Both the position numbers and the translations under genes were made by a program. Of a stretch of 64,000 nt of DNA, positions 43,721-54,550 are shown in pieces. The notes beneath the pieces are model-generated. The model did not search any database. It had not been told where the DNA came from and saw nothing but the letters and a program-made list of their open reading frames with translations. Position 1 is the first letter of the stretch; every line of letters begins with the position of its first letter. The DNA is taken from assembly GCF_057098645.1 (NCBI RefSeq), contig NZ_CM169472.1, one strand, 5' to 3'.

Positions 43721-44179
43721 ATGACAATCACGGACCTGGTACTGATTCTTTTCATCGCCGCACTCCTGGCCTTCGCGATCTACGATCAGTTCATCATGCC
43801 CCGCCGTAACGGCCCCACCCTGCTGGCAATTCCTTTGCTCCGGCGTGGTCGCATCGATAGCGTTATCTTCGTCGGATTGATTGTCATTCTTATCTATAAC
43901 AACGTCACGAATCATGGCGCGCTAATAACAACATGGTTATTAAGTGCACTGGCTCTGATGGGTTTTTATATATTCTGGATCCGCGTTCCGAAGATCATCT
44001 TTAAACAAAAAGGTTTTTTCTTCGCCAATGTCTGGATTGAATATAGCCGAATCAAAGCGATGAACTTGTCGGAAGATGGCGTGTTGGTGATGCAATTAGA
44101 ACAGCGTCGGCTGTTAATCCGCGTTCGAAATATCGACGATCTGGAAAAAATTTATAAGCTTCTCGTATCAACTCAATAA
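43721..44179 (+). CDS. yobD: UPF0266 membrane protein YobD
   Basis: 152-aa ORF recognised as YobD. Confidence 0.85.
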
Positions 44180-44195
44180 CTTATGAATTTAGCCA

Positions 44196-44236
44196 AAGCT
44201 ATGTTTAGTGTATTTTTAATAATCAGACATAGCTTA
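44196..44236 (+). promoter_or_regulatory. Inverted repeat AGCTATGT...ACATAGCT upstream of mntP, candidate MntR operator
   Basis: Half-sites resemble the MntR box (AAACATAGC/GCTATGTTT) as recalled; spacing is wider than canonical. Confidence 0.35.
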
Positions 44237-44374
44237 GGCTATATTATCTCTTCCCTTATTTGTTAATTATATTAACGTTTCATTGATATATAAATCTAAA
44301 TGAAAATCGTTATCAATAAAGCAATGAAATAATATATTCCAACAGTTGTTTTATATTCTCAAAATATGTTAAGG

Positions 44375-44500
44375 TTGCGCCCTCATTTGGGGAGTAGCCG
44401 ATTTCCAGATTCCGGAAATGTACGTGTCAACATACTCGTTGCAAAACGTGGCACGTACGGACTGAAGACTTTCAGTCAGGCGAGACCATATGCACATCAA
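44375..44500 (+). ncRNA. yybP-ykoY family Mn2+ riboswitch in the mntP leader
   Basis: Signature TTGGGGAGTAG at 44388..44398 and a downstream GAGAC..CATA element, about 220 nt upstream of the mntP ATG; boundaries approximate. Confidence 0.6.
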
Positions 44501-44608
44501 TCGCTATGCCTGCATGAACGCGAAAACCCATCGCGGCTTGTTGTTCATGTATGCATGTTTGCTGGGGGCGATGATGTGTTTTATGGATATCCCGGTCAGG
44601 ACGTTGTC

Positions 44609-45175
44609 ATGAATATCACTGCTACTGTTCTTCTTGCGTTTGGTATGTCGATGGATGCATTTGCTGCATCAATCGGTAAAGGTGCCACCCTCCAAAAACC
44701 GAAATTTTCTGAAGCATTGCGAACCGGCCTTATTTTTGGTGCCGTCGAAACCCTGACGCCGCTGATCGGCTGGGGAATGGGCATGTTAGCCAGCCGGTTT
44801 GTCCTTGAATGGAATCACTGGATTGCGTTTGTGCTGCTGATATTCCTCGGCGGGCGAATGATTATTGAGGGTTTTCGTGGCGCAGATGATGAAGATGAAG
44901 AGCCGCGCCGTCGGCACGGTTTCTGGCTACTGGTAACCACCGCGATTGCCACCAGCCTGGATGCCATGGCTGTGGGTGTTGGTCTTGCTTTCCTTCAGGT
45001 CAACATTATCGCGACCGCATTGGCCATTGGTTGTGCAACCTTGATTATGTCGACATTAGGGATGATGGTTGGTCGCTTTATCGGCTCAATTATTGGGAAA
45101 AAAGCGGAAATTCTCGGCGGGCTGGTGCTGATCGGCATCGGCGTCCAGATCCTCTGGACGCACTTCCACGGTTAA
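44609..45175 (+). CDS. mntP: Manganese efflux pump MntP
   Basis: Start ATG 44609 ([10 protein letters not shown]) gives 188 aa; ORF-track start 44366 reads through the leader. Confidence 0.9.
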   Translation: MNITATVLLAFGMSMDAFAASIGKGATLQKPKFSEALRTGLIFGAVETLTPLIGWGMGMLASRFVLEWNHWIAFVLLIFLGGRMIIEGFRGADDEDEEPRRRHGFWLLVTTAIATSLDAMAVGVGLAFLQVNIIATALAIGCATLIMSTLGMMVGRFIGSIIGKKAEILGGLVLIGIGVQILWTHFHG

Positions 45176-45981
45176 TAAGAACGCTGCCAGAGGTGAATAT
45201 TAAAGTCCGTCTGGCAGTCGAACACTTCTTTTGCTGCCAGTGTTTGCCAGACTTCTGGCTTCGCACGCCAGGCAAACGGCGTCATCTGCAATAATGCGAC
45301 GGCTTCATCACCGCGAAGACGCATCGGATAACACAACTCATCACTCTGCTGTAATGTAAAACCTTCCAGTTGTTCTGCATGAGGTGCATGAAGATGTACT
45401 TCATTGTAAATCAGCCCCTTCAGCTCCATCAAATGTCGCGGTCCCGGCGTGGCAGTAATGACCCAGCCGCCGGGCTTCACTACTCGTGCTAATTCTTCTG
45501 CTTTACACGGCGCGTAAATACGTATTATGGCGTCCATACTGGTATCGGAAAACGGCAAACGGTGGCTGGAAGCGACACAAAGAGTGACCTGCGGATAGCG
45601 TTTCGCCGCCGCTTTTATCGCTACCTTCGAAACATCCAGACCAAACGTGGTGATTTCGGGCAACGCATCGGCAAATGCGTGTGTGTAATACCCTTCACCA
45701 CAGCCAATATCCAGCACCGCCGTGGCCTTTTCATCAAGCCGTTCCCGCAGTTGGGCGACAATTGCATCACGCAGCGGCTGATAATGTCCGGCATCTAAGA
45801 ATGCGCGGCGTGCTTGCATCATTTCCGCGCTGTCGCCCGGATCACGGGACCGTTTATGCTGAACGGGCAGCAGATTGACATACCCTTCTTTCGCCATATC
45901 AAACTGATGTCGTTGGGGACAGATATAGCTGTTTTTTTCACGCGAAAGAGGCTGATGGCAAAGTGGACAGGAAAACGACAT
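45172..45981 (-). CDS. rlmA: 23S rRNA m1G745 methyltransferase RlmA
   Basis: 269-aa ORF with N-terminal Cys4 zinc motif and SAM-binding DIGCGEG. Confidence 0.9.
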   Translation of the reverse strand: MSFSCPLCHQPLSREKNSYICPQRHQFDMAKEGYVNLLPVQHKRSRDPGDSAEMMQARRAFLDAGHYQPLRDAIVAQLRERLDEKATAVLDIGCGEGYYTHAFADALPEITTFGLDVSKVAIKAAAKRYPQVTLCVASSHRLPFSDTSMDAIIRIYAPCKAEELARVVKPGGWVITATPGPRHLMELKGLIYNEVHLHAPHAEQLEGFTLQQSDELCYPMRLRGDEAVALLQMTPFAWRAKPEVWQTLAAKEVFDCQTDFNIHLWQRSY

Positions 45982-46075
45982 GACAACTCCGGCAGGATAC
46001 TAAAGGCCGCAAGTGTAACGCGAATCACGCGGCGGGCAAATATCCGAACGCCAGGAGCGAAGATAAAGCATAGTA

Positions 46076-46102
46076 AAAAGCCTCGCATTCGACGAGGCTT
46101 TA
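46076..46102 (-). terminator. Rho-independent terminator after cspC
   Basis: AAAGCCTCG...CGAGGCTTT with a T-run on the minus strand. Confidence 0.65.
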
Positions 46103-46146
46103 TAGCGAGATTGAAGCGTATTCACACTTCAGATCAGTGGATTCGA

Positions 46147-46356
46147 TCAGATAGCTGTTACGTTAACAGCTGCCGGACCTTTCTGGCCGTCCTGAATTTC
46201 GAACTCAACGTTCTGACCTTCAGCCAGAGTTTTGAAGCCATTACCCTGGATAGCGGAGAAGTGTACGAACACGTCTTTGCTGCCATCAGCAGGAGTAATG
46301 AAGCCAAAACCTTTAGACTCGTTGAACCACTTAACCTGACCTTTAATCTTTGCCAT
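46147..46356 (-). CDS. cspC: Cold-shock-domain protein CspC
   Basis: 69-aa ORF with [15 protein letters not shown] motif. Confidence 0.95.
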
Positions 46357-46368
46357 TTGAAAAATTCC

Positions 46369-46512
46369 TTAGATTGTTTTCTTCGCCCGCAGGCATAACA
46401 TAGATAAAACTGACACATTACTGCATGAGGCACCAATATAAGGCTCGGCAGAGAAGCGGTATTCAACGTCAACGTGTTTACTCAGGACTTCTTTACTGAA
46501 AATGCCACACAT
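46369..46512 (-). CDS. yobF: Small protein YobF (47 aa), upstream of cspC
   Basis: Hand translation gives [47 protein letters not shown]; the ORF track shows only a longer overlapping frame. Confidence 0.7.
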
Positions 46513-47180
46513 AAACAGAACTGTACCTCGTTTAACCCGAAATCTGTTATCACATACAACGTTAATTATGGCAAGCCATTTTTAAACATGTCTCGATCAG
46601 ACGCACAAATCTCGATACGTCTTCCACTTTTTTTGCACACTTATGCAACGGAATACGCGCCGATATATCATTGTGCTTAACCTTGCCAGTTCAGGCAGAT
46701 ACTTAAACTGGCGTAGTTTCTAACATAGTTCAATAAGTTCAGTTGTTCCAGGCCAGTGGGAGAAGTTATTACATAGTGCGTGCAATATCACATTTTCTGC
46801 TATGCAATGAATAAAAAGTTATATCACTTTTTCTCATAAAACAGGCAGTTAACGGCTATCAATCACCCCAAAGAGAAGTCAATCCCAAAGGTATTGGAAA
46901 TTTAAAATAAGAAAAAATGATGAATAAGCAAAAAAATCAAGAGAGAAACGTTTCGCTAATAAATAATACCACGCTTAATCACAAATCCGATGTAAACATC
47001 CTAATAAATTAATGAGGAAAATATCTTTTTCTGATATCCCGTTACGCAAATAAATAATATGATAATTATTTGAAGTCAGACCAGAGTTTTAATTTGAAGC
47101 AGTTGCACCATGACAGTGCGTATAATCAGGATGAATTGAGTAACCCTTCAACGACGGGGTTACTCAAGATTGAGGAAGGA

Positions 47181-47468
47181 TTATCGTTCGGCGACCAGGC
47201 GAATAATATCTTCGTCTTCAACCGATTTTTGACTCTCAATGGTCTTTTTATCTGCTTTCTCTGGTTCGTTTGCTTCGCACAAACGACGTAACAGTGCATT
47301 TTGACGTTTTTGCTGATCCAGCAACGCCTCAAGCAGTTCAATCTGTTCGTTAGTCCGAGAACTGGCACGATTAATAAAAAACCACAAGATGAGCCCGATA
47401 AGAAGAACCACCACCGATACAACCAAAGACGCAATGTTCATCACGCCTGAATTTACAACTTCGTTCAT
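47181..47468 (-). CDS. yebO: Small membrane protein YebO
   Basis: 95-aa ORF recognised as YebO. Confidence 0.8.
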   Translation of the reverse strand: MNEVVNSGVMNIASLVVSVVVLLIGLILWFFINRASSRTNEQIELLEALLDQQKRQNALLRRLCEANEPEKADKKTIESQKSVEDEDIIRLVAER

Positions 47469-47542
47469 TTCACCACCTCTGAGTAGAGGCGCTATTCTAC
47501 CACTGCTGGAGAGGAAGAAAATCTAGTGCTGAAAAAATGATA

Positions 47543-47686
47543 TCACCACGGGATAAACTGGTTAATGGCACAAATTCCGCTGAAAAATTGCACATCCTGA
47601 TCGCACATCATGTTGAATACCTGCGCCCAAAGCAGCAAGCAAGCCAACACCACGACAACCAGAACGACCCATCGAAACTTTTTCAC
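47543..47686 (-). CDS. mgrB: PhoQ-inhibiting small membrane protein MgrB (47 aa)
   Basis: Hand translation from a GTG start gives [47 protein letters not shown]; absent from ORF track. Confidence 0.8.
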
Positions 47687-47844
47687 TCCAATCTCCGTTT
47701 CACCTACCTTATGTCATTAAACTAGCATGCGTTAGTTAAACAGCGCCTAACTATGTCGATATTCGTGCTTTTTCGGAATGAGTCGCTTGCTTCAGCGCAT
47801 ATTGCCGCTACGATTAAGCGAACATAAAAAGAGAAGAGGTTGTA

Positions 47845-48084
47845 ATGCGATTCATCATTCGCACAGTTATGCTGATAGCACTGGTATGGATAGGATTATT
47901 ACTCAGCGGATATGGCGTTTTGATTGGAAGCAAAGAGAATGCCGCAGGATTAGGTTTGCAATGTACCTATCTGACTGCCAGAGGCACCAGCACGGTACAA
48001 TACTTGCACACTAAAAGTGGTTTTTTGGGGATAACAGATTGCCCGCTGTTACGCAAAAGCAATATCGTGGTCGATAATGGTTAA
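47845..48084 (+). CDS. yobH: Small secreted/membrane protein YobH
   Basis: 79-aa ORF preceded by AGAGGT. Confidence 0.8.
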   Translation: MRFIIRTVMLIALVWIGLLLSGYGVLIGSKENAAGLGLQCTYLTARGTSTVQYLHTKSGFLGITDCPLLRKSNIVVDNG

Positions 48085-48227
48085 GGGCAATAAATAACCA
48101 GATTCTCACTCCTGAGTAAAATACTCTTATAGCAAGCGCGTTTAATATAACGCCACCTTCAACTTTATTTTTCTCATGCTAAATAAAGAACCTGTCTGTT
48201 TGATATTCCGACAGGTTCTTACTCTCA

Positions 48228-49019
48228 TCAGAACGGATAGTCGTGATAACCCATTTGGGCAGAAATTTTGCGCGCTGCGGTATGCAACATTGCGACATAT
48301 TCCTGTAAACGCTCTTCAGAGAAACGCAACGTCGGGAAGGAGATGCTCAAACCGGCAATGACCACGCCAAAGCGATCAAATACCGGTACCGCAATGCATC
48401 GCAGCCCTTCTTCCTGCTCTTCGTTATCTTCGCCATACCCCTGCTCGCGCACCTGGTCCAGAACGGGTAATAACGCTTCTGTACTGGTGATGGTCCGCTC
48501 GGTACTGCGTTTATACTCCACGCCCTCAAGAATTTGCTTCACTTCATCGCGATCGCGCCATGCTAGCAGTACCTTACCAATCGCGGTGCTGTACAGCGGA
48601 TTACGACGCCCAATCCGTGAATACATGCGCAAATTGTACATAGAGTCAATTTTGTGAATGTAAACAATACTGTCTTCGTCCAGTGCGCCGAGGTGGATAG
48701 TTTCTTTGGTCAGGCGGGAGATCTCACGCATCTGGATATCTGCGCTACGAATTAAATCGACGTTTTGTAACGCGCGAGCGCCCAGTTCAAACAATTTCAG
48801 GGTCAGGGAATATTTCTCCGACTCCCCTTCCTGCGCCACATAACCTAAGGTTTTCATGGTCTGTAAAAAGCGATAAACGGTGCTTTTTGACATCATGACG
48901 CGCTGCGACAGCTCGGTTATCCCTATTTCGCGCTCTTCACCCAGCGCCTGCAAAATGCCAAAAACTTTTAGCACGGAAGATACAGAATCAGGCTGTTTAT
49001 CCAGATCTGCGTTAGCCAT
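48228..49019 (-). CDS. kdgR: IclR-family regulator KdgR
   Basis: 263-aa ORF recognised as KdgR. Confidence 0.9.
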   Translation of the reverse strand: MANADLDKQPDSVSSVLKVFGILQALGEEREIGITELSQRVMMSKSTVYRFLQTMKTLGYVAQEGESEKYSLTLKLFELGARALQNVDLIRSADIQMREISRLTKETIHLGALDEDSIVYIHKIDSMYNLRMYSRIGRRNPLYSTAIGKVLLAWRDRDEVKQILEGVEYKRSTERTITSTEALLPVLDQVREQGYGEDNEEQEEGLRCIAVPVFDRFGVVIAGLSISFPTLRFSEERLQEYVAMLHTAARKISAQMGYHDYPF

Positions 49020-49195
49020 TTATCACCTCATTGCGAGTGTTTTATAAAAATCAGAACTGTTTTTTATTATAATTTCGCACCAGGGTGGTCGCAATCCATC
49101 TTTTGCCGGTTAGTTACAATTCTGCGACATCCACCGTGAATATCAGTGCTAGAATCATACCCCTGTTGATTATTCACCAAAGATTTAAAATTCCT

Positions 49196-50569
49196 ATGCC
49201 AAAAGTTCAGGCCGACGGCCTGCCATTGCCCCAGCGATACGGTGCGATATTAACCATTGTGATTGGTATTTCGATGGCTGTCCTTGACGGCGCAATCGCC
49301 AACGTCGCCTTGCCAACAATCGCCACGGACCTTCATGCCACGCCGGCCAGTTCCATCTGGGTAGTGAACGCCTATCAAATCGCCATTGTCATCTCCCTGC
49401 TCTCGTTTTCGTTTCTGGGCGATATGTTTGGCTATCGACGTATTTATAAATGCGGTCTGGTCGTTTTTCTGTTGTCTTCACTGTTCTGCGCCCTTTCTGA
49501 TTCGCTGCAAATGCTCACCCTTGCGCGTGTCATACAAGGTTTCGGCGGTGCAGCGTTGATGAGCGTAAATACCGCACTTATCCGCCTGATCTATCCACAA
49601 CGTTTTCTGGGTAGAGGGATGGGCATAAACTCGTTTATTGTTGCCGTCTCTTCTGCTGCCGGGCCGACAATTGCTGCAGCAATCCTCTCCATCGCATCCT
49701 GGAAATGGTTATTTTTAATCAACCTACCGTTAGGTATTATCGCCCTGCTTCTGGCGATGCGTTTTCTGCCACCCAATGGTTCTCGCGCCAGTAAACCCCG
49801 TTTCGACCTGCCCAGCGCCGTGATGAACGCGTTAACCTTCGGCCTGCTTATCACTGCGTTGAGTGGTTTCGCTCAGGGGCAATCGCTGACGTTAATTGCT
49901 GCGGAACTGGTGGTAATGGTTGTTGTTGGTATTTTCTTTATTCGCCGCCAGCTTTCTCTTCCCGTACCGCTGCTACCGGTGGATTTACTGCGTATCCCGC
50001 TGTTTTCACTTTCTATTTGCACATCTGTTTGCTCTTTCTGCGCACAAATGCTGGCAATGGTTTCCCTGCCCTTTTACCTGCAAACCGTGCTCGGGCGTAG
50101 TGAAGTCGAAACAGGTTTACTTCTGACACCGTGGCCGTTAGCAACGATGGTGATGGCTCCGTTGGCAGGCTATTTGATTGAACGCGTACATGCAGGATTG
50201 CTGGGTGCTTTAGGATTATTCATCATGGCTGCGGGGCTTTTTTCCCTGGTTCTGCTGCCCGCGTCACCTGCGGATATCAATATTATCTGGCCGATGATCT
50301 TATGTGGCGCTGGATTTGGCTTGTTCCAGTCACCCAATAACCACACCATTATTACCTCCGCTCCTCGCGAACGTAGCGGTGGAGCCAGTGGCATGTTAGG
50401 AACGGCTCGTCTACTGGGTCAGAGTAGCGGCGCGGCGCTGGTGGCGCTGATGCTAAATCAGTTTGGAGATAATGGTACACACGTCTCGCTGATGGCTGCG
50501 GCTATTCTGGCAGTGATTGCTGCCTGTATCAGTGGGTTACGTATCACTCAGCCAAGATCCAGGGCATAA
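49196..50569 (+). CDS. yebQ: MFS transporter YebQ
   Basis: Start ATG 49196 (MPKVQADGLP) gives 457 aa. Confidence 0.85.
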   Translation: MPKVQADGLPLPQRYGAILTIVIGISMAVLDGAIANVALPTIATDLHATPASSIWVVNAYQIAIVISLLSFSFLGDMFGYRRIYKCGLVVFLLSSLFCALSDSLQMLTLARVIQGFGGAALMSVNTALIRLIYPQRFLGRGMGINSFIVAVSSAAGPTIAAAILSIASWKWLFLINLPLGIIALLLAMRFLPPNGSRASKPRFDLPSAVMNALTFGLLITALSGFAQGQSLTLIAAELVVMVVVGIFFIRRQLSLPVPLLPVDLLRIPLFSLSICTSVCSFCAQMLAMVSLPFYLQTVLGRSEVETGLLLTPWPLATMVMAPLAGYLIERVHAGLLGALGLFIMAAGLFSLVLLPASPADINIIWPMILCGAGFGLFQSPNNHTIITSAPRERSGGASGMLGTARLLGQSSGAALVALMLNQFGDNGTHVSLMAAAILAVIAACISGLRITQPRSRA

Positions 50570-50599
50570 AAAAAGCGCGTCGAGCAGGACGCGCTTTTT
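50568..50599. terminator. Bidirectional terminator between yebQ (+) and htpX (-)
   Basis: AAAAAGCGCGTC-gagcag-GACGCGCTTTTT. Confidence 0.7.
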
Positions 50600-50614
50600 A
50601 GTATTTACTTCATA

Positions 50615-51496
50615 TTACTTCAGGTATTCACCCGTACGCAGAGCTTCAATACGTTTATCCAGCGGCGGGTGAGTCATAAACAACTCACTGAGCGATTTCG
50701 ACTTACCGTTAATGCAGAAAGCCATCATGCTGGTTGCTTCTTGCGGTTCATAGCTGGTTTTCAGGCGCTGCAGCGCGGCAATCATTTTCTCGCGACCAAC
50801 CAGTTTTGCCGAACCGGCATCAGCATGGAATTCACGATGACGCGAGAACCACATGGTGATAATGCTCGCCAGAATACCAAACACCAGTTCCAGAACCGTT
50901 GCAACCGCAAAGTAGATCAGCGGGTTGCCGTTGCTCTCTTCACCTTCATCACGATTTCCGCCCATAAAACCCGCGGCAAGCTGCGCCAGAATACGGGAAA
51001 TAAAGATAACGAAGGTATTCACCACGCCCTGAATCAGCGTCATGGTGACCATATCGCCATTGGCGATGTGGCTGATTTCGTGAGCAATTACCGCCTCGGC
51101 TTCATCCGGGCTCATGTTCTGCAGCAAACCGGTGCTGACAGCAACCAGAGAGGCATCACGGCGCGCACCGGTTGCAAAAGCGTTGATGTCCGGCGCATGG
51201 TAGATAGCCACTTGCGGCATAGCGATCCCCGCCTGACGAGCCTGGGTTGCTACAGTATTGACCAGCCAACGTTCCCTTTCGTTACGCGGTTGCTCGATCA
51301 CTTCCCCGCCAACAGATCGTAATGCCATCCATTTGGACATCAGAAGCGAAACGAAGGAACCACCAAAACCGAACAGCAAGGCCATGATCATCAGCCCCTG
51401 AACGCTGCTCGACTGTATCCCTGTCAGGCTCAGTACCAGCCCGAAAACGACCATTACGGCCAGGTTCGTTAGCAGGAAGAGCGCGATTCGCATCAT
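50615..51496 (-). CDS. htpX: Membrane zinc metalloprotease HtpX
   Basis: 293-aa ORF with HEISH motif. Confidence 0.9.
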
Positions 51497-51687
51497 AATT
51501 TTCTTTTTACCTCAGTTTAACAAAACGCAATATGCGATACCCACATCGTATGGGTTACGCGACTATTTTCAAGTCTGGATAGTGCGTAAGTCACCAGAAA
51601 GACACAACTTTACATTTTGTAGCATCTGATTTACGGCATCTTGCCGCTGTTAAAAAATCAGGCACAATTTCTTGTGCCTGATTGATA

Positions 51688-53736
51688 TTACTTGACGGGT
51701 GCGGGTTGTTCCGCGGGTCTGGCTTTTTCAAGCTTCGCCAGATCGAGTGCGATATTCACCGTCTCATCCAGATAAGGATCCGGCTCCTGGTAATCTTTCG
51801 GTAGATCATCCAGTTTCTTCAACTCCGGTTTACCTTCGCGTTTAAAGCGTTCGTTCAAACGCGCCAGACGCGTCGCATCATCTTCATTATTCTCTTTCTC
51901 ACGCACAGCGTAATTCAGAGAAACGATATTGCGCTTGTCCTTCATAGCGTTGAAGCGCGCGATATCCTTCATGATGTTCTGGAACTCAGGATCTTTCGCG
52001 ATACGCGCATTATGTTCCTTCAGTAGCTCCGGTTCAAAGGCCGTTAAATCTCCTGATTTCACATAAGTCGCGGCATCAATGCTATCCCACGGCAGCGCGT
52101 TATCTTCGAATTTCTCACCCGTTTCCGTTTCTTCATTACCCGTCGGCATGATGATGTCTGGCGTTACGCCTTTACGTTGCGTACTGCCACCGTTAACGCG
52201 ATAGAATTTCTGGATCGTGTACTGCACAGAACCCAGCGCTGGCCATTCAGGACGTAACATCTGATCGTAAATACGGTTCAATGAACGGTATTGCTGAACG
52301 GTGCCTTTACCAAACGTCGGTTCACCCACAACCAGCGCACGACCGTAATCCTGCATTGCCGCGGCAAAGATTTCTGAAGCCGAAGCACTGAAGCGGTCAA
52401 CCAGTACCACCAGCGGGCCTTTATAGAAAACCTGTCCGTCGGTATCGCTGTCTTCACGAACTTTACCGTTGTTATCACGGACCTGAACAATAGGACCCGC
52501 AGGAATAAACAGACCTGAGAGCGATACCGCTTCGGTCAACGCCCCACCGCCATTGCTACGCAGGTCGATGATCACACTGCTGACATTCTGTTTTTCCAGT
52601 TTCTGCAGTTGTACTTTGACATCGTCTGTCAAACCCACATAGAAGCCCGGAATATCCAGTACGCCGACTTTCTCTTTACCGACGGTCTTCACCGACATCT
52701 TAACCGCGCGGTCTTCGAGACGAATACGTTCACGGGTCAATGTTACAGTGCGGGTCTTGGTCCCTTTACCAGCAGGTAAAATTTCCAGACGAACTTTACT
52801 GCCCTTCGGCCCTTTAATTAAGGCAACCACATCATCAAGACGCCAGCCAATCACGTCAACCATCGGCTTGCCTGTTTGACCAACACCGACAATTTTGTCA
52901 CCAACGCTGATAGCTTTACTCTTCGCTGCCGGACCACCTGCCACCATCGAATTGATAACGGTGTAGTCATCATCCATTTGCAGCACTGCGCCAATACCTT
53001 CCAGCGACAAACTCATTTCAGTGTTGAACTGTTCGGTATTACGCGGGGAAAGATAGTTGGTATGCGGGTCGATTTCACGCGCAAACGCCGTCATTGCCAG
53101 CGAGAAAACATCTTCGCTGTTGGTTTGCGCCAGACGACGAATGGCAAATTTGTAGCGGCGTGTCAGGGTTTCACGAATTTCTTTATCCGTTTTTCCTGTC
53201 AGCTTCAGACTTAACTCGTCGAATTTGACTTTACTGTCCCACAGCGCGTTCAACTCAGCCTCGTTTTTCGGCCAGGGCGCTTTGCTGCGGTCAAGGTTAT
53301 AAGTGTCGTTGCCGGTGAAATCCATCGGCTTTTCCAGTACCGACAAAGCGTACTGGTAACGTTCAAAACGACGCTTTTGCGCCAGATTGTAGAGATCGTA
53401 GAAAACGTCGAGTTTGCCTGAACGCAGTTCATCGCCTAACTCGGTTTTCTTTTTCGCGAACTGTTCAACATCGCTTGCCAGCAGCACGTTGTGGCTGTAA
53501 TCGAGCAGATTCAGGTAGCGGTCAAAGATTTTGGCCGAAAATGCCTGATCGAGGTCGAACTGGCGATAATGAGAACGGGTGAAGCGCGACGTTACGCGCT
53601 CACTCACCGTCGCATGCTGCGTCTCTTCCTTTAATACCGGAATTTGATCAGCACGCGTGATATCTTCTACAGCGAAGGTCTGGCCTGCTATTGCAAGCAG
53701 GCCAGCTAACGCGGTAAGCCTAAAAAACATGTTCAT
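51688..53736 (-). CDS. prc: Tail-specific periplasmic protease Prc
   Basis: Start at MNMFFRLTAL gives 682 aa; ORF-track start 53784 is an upstream extension. Confidence 0.9.
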   Translation of the reverse strand: MNMFFRLTALAGLLAIAGQTFAVEDITRADQIPVLKEETQHATVSERVTSRFTRSHYRQFDLDQAFSAKIFDRYLNLLDYSHNVLLASDVEQFAKKKTELGDELRSGKLDVFYDLYNLAQKRRFERYQYALSVLEKPMDFTGNDTYNLDRSKAPWPKNEAELNALWDSKVKFDELSLKLTGKTDKEIRETLTRRYKFAIRRLAQTNSEDVFSLAMTAFAREIDPHTNYLSPRNTEQFNTEMSLSLEGIGAVLQMDDDYTVINSMVAGGPAAKSKAISVGDKIVGVGQTGKPMVDVIGWRLDDVVALIKGPKGSKVRLEILPAGKGTKTRTVTLTRERIRLEDRAVKMSVKTVGKEKVGVLDIPGFYVGLTDDVKVQLQKLEKQNVSSVIIDLRSNGGGALTEAVSLSGLFIPAGPIVQVRDNNGKVREDSDTDGQVFYKGPLVVLVDRFSASASEIFAAAMQDYGRALVVGEPTFGKGTVQQYRSLNRIYDQMLRPEWPALGSVQYTIQKFYRVNGGSTQRKGVTPDIIMPTGNEETETGEKFEDNALPWDSIDAATYVKSGDLTAFEPELLKEHNARIAKDPEFQNIMKDIARFNAMKDKRNIVSLNYAVREKENNEDDATRLARLNERFKREGKPELKKLDDLPKDYQEPDPYLDETVNIALDLAKLEKARPAEQPAPVK

Positions 53737-53755
53737 GCCTGGCCCGGCCTCCGTT

Positions 53756-54454
53756 TCAGAACACCAGGTGTTCTGCGCGCACAATCAAAGACATACCCGA
53801 ATTCAGCTGGACGCGGACGCCGTCTTTGGTGATTTCTAATACGGTGGCATCCATCGCGTTTTGACCCGCTTTCACCTTCAGGGCTTGTCCGACAGTCAGA
53901 GCTGAAATGTCAGAAACTGGGGTGTGCTGTTCTTCGCGAGGTGCTTTTGCTGTTTTTGGCGCTTTCTCTACCGGCTTTTGCGCACGAGGTTTACGTTCAG
54001 CGCCTTCTTTGCGGCGTGGCGTGGTCGGACGTGGCTTGCGTTCGCGACGCGGTGCGTCTTCTTTCTCACCAGCAGCTGCGGCAGCTTCGCGTTTTTTCGC
54101 TTGCTGTTCAGCACGCTGTGCCTGAACACGCGCTTTCGCTTCTTCAAGCTGCTTGCGAGCATGCTCTACATGTTGCTCGTCCAGCTCACCGCATGGGTTG
54201 CCGTCAAGATCGACACGTGTTGCGCCGGGTTTAACACCGTAAAGATAACGCCAGCTCGAAGTGTAGAGACGTAAAGCGGATCGTAATTGCGTTTTGCTCA
54301 GGTTCATTTCCCCGGCAACACGATCGACCAAATCCTGAAAAATACCGATTTTCAGCGGACGCGCTTCACCTTCCGCACTGAAACAGTGGGGAAAACGTTC
54401 GGCCAGAAACGCGATTACTTCTTTACTGCTATTCAACTTAGGTTGATTTTCCAT
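53756..54454 (-). CDS. proQ: RNA chaperone ProQ
   Basis: 232-aa ORF with FinO-like N-domain and Ala/Lys/Glu/Arg-rich linker. Confidence 0.9.
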   Translation of the reverse strand: MENQPKLNSSKEVIAFLAERFPHCFSAEGEARPLKIGIFQDLVDRVAGEMNLSKTQLRSALRLYTSSWRYLYGVKPGATRVDLDGNPCGELDEQHVEHARKQLEEAKARVQAQRAEQQAKKREAAAAAGEKEDAPRRERKPRPTTPRRKEGAERKPRAQKPVEKAPKTAKAPREEQHTPVSDISALTVGQALKVKAGQNAMDATVLEITKDGVRVQLNSGMSLIVRAEHLVF

Positions 54455-54550
54455 GAAATTTCCTGATTACAACGGACGTAGCCAACAAGCGCAGGCATGA
54501 ACAGGCGTCATTATAATGACGCTATCAGTAAATGCTACGTTATCCGTTGA

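Noticed and set aside
46917-47012. 31-aa ORF MMNKQKNQERNVSLINNTTLNHKSDVNILIN in the yobF-yebO spacer
   Set aside because: No Shine-Dalgarno sequence; highly polar low-complexity peptide in an AT-rich tract where chance ORFs are frequent. Kept only as a low-probability candidate.
47700-47750. PhoP box upstream of mgrB
   Set aside because: A TGTTTA-like hexamer and a TAGTTTA repeat are present, but the spacing does not fit the canonical direct repeat with 5-nt spacer, so I did not annotate it.
53907-54274. Three overlapping plus-strand ORFs (72, 97 and 116 aa) opposite proQ
   Set aside because: Antisense to the proQ linker region; Ala/Arg/Phe-rich artefacts of the repetitive Lys/Ala/Glu coding sequence.
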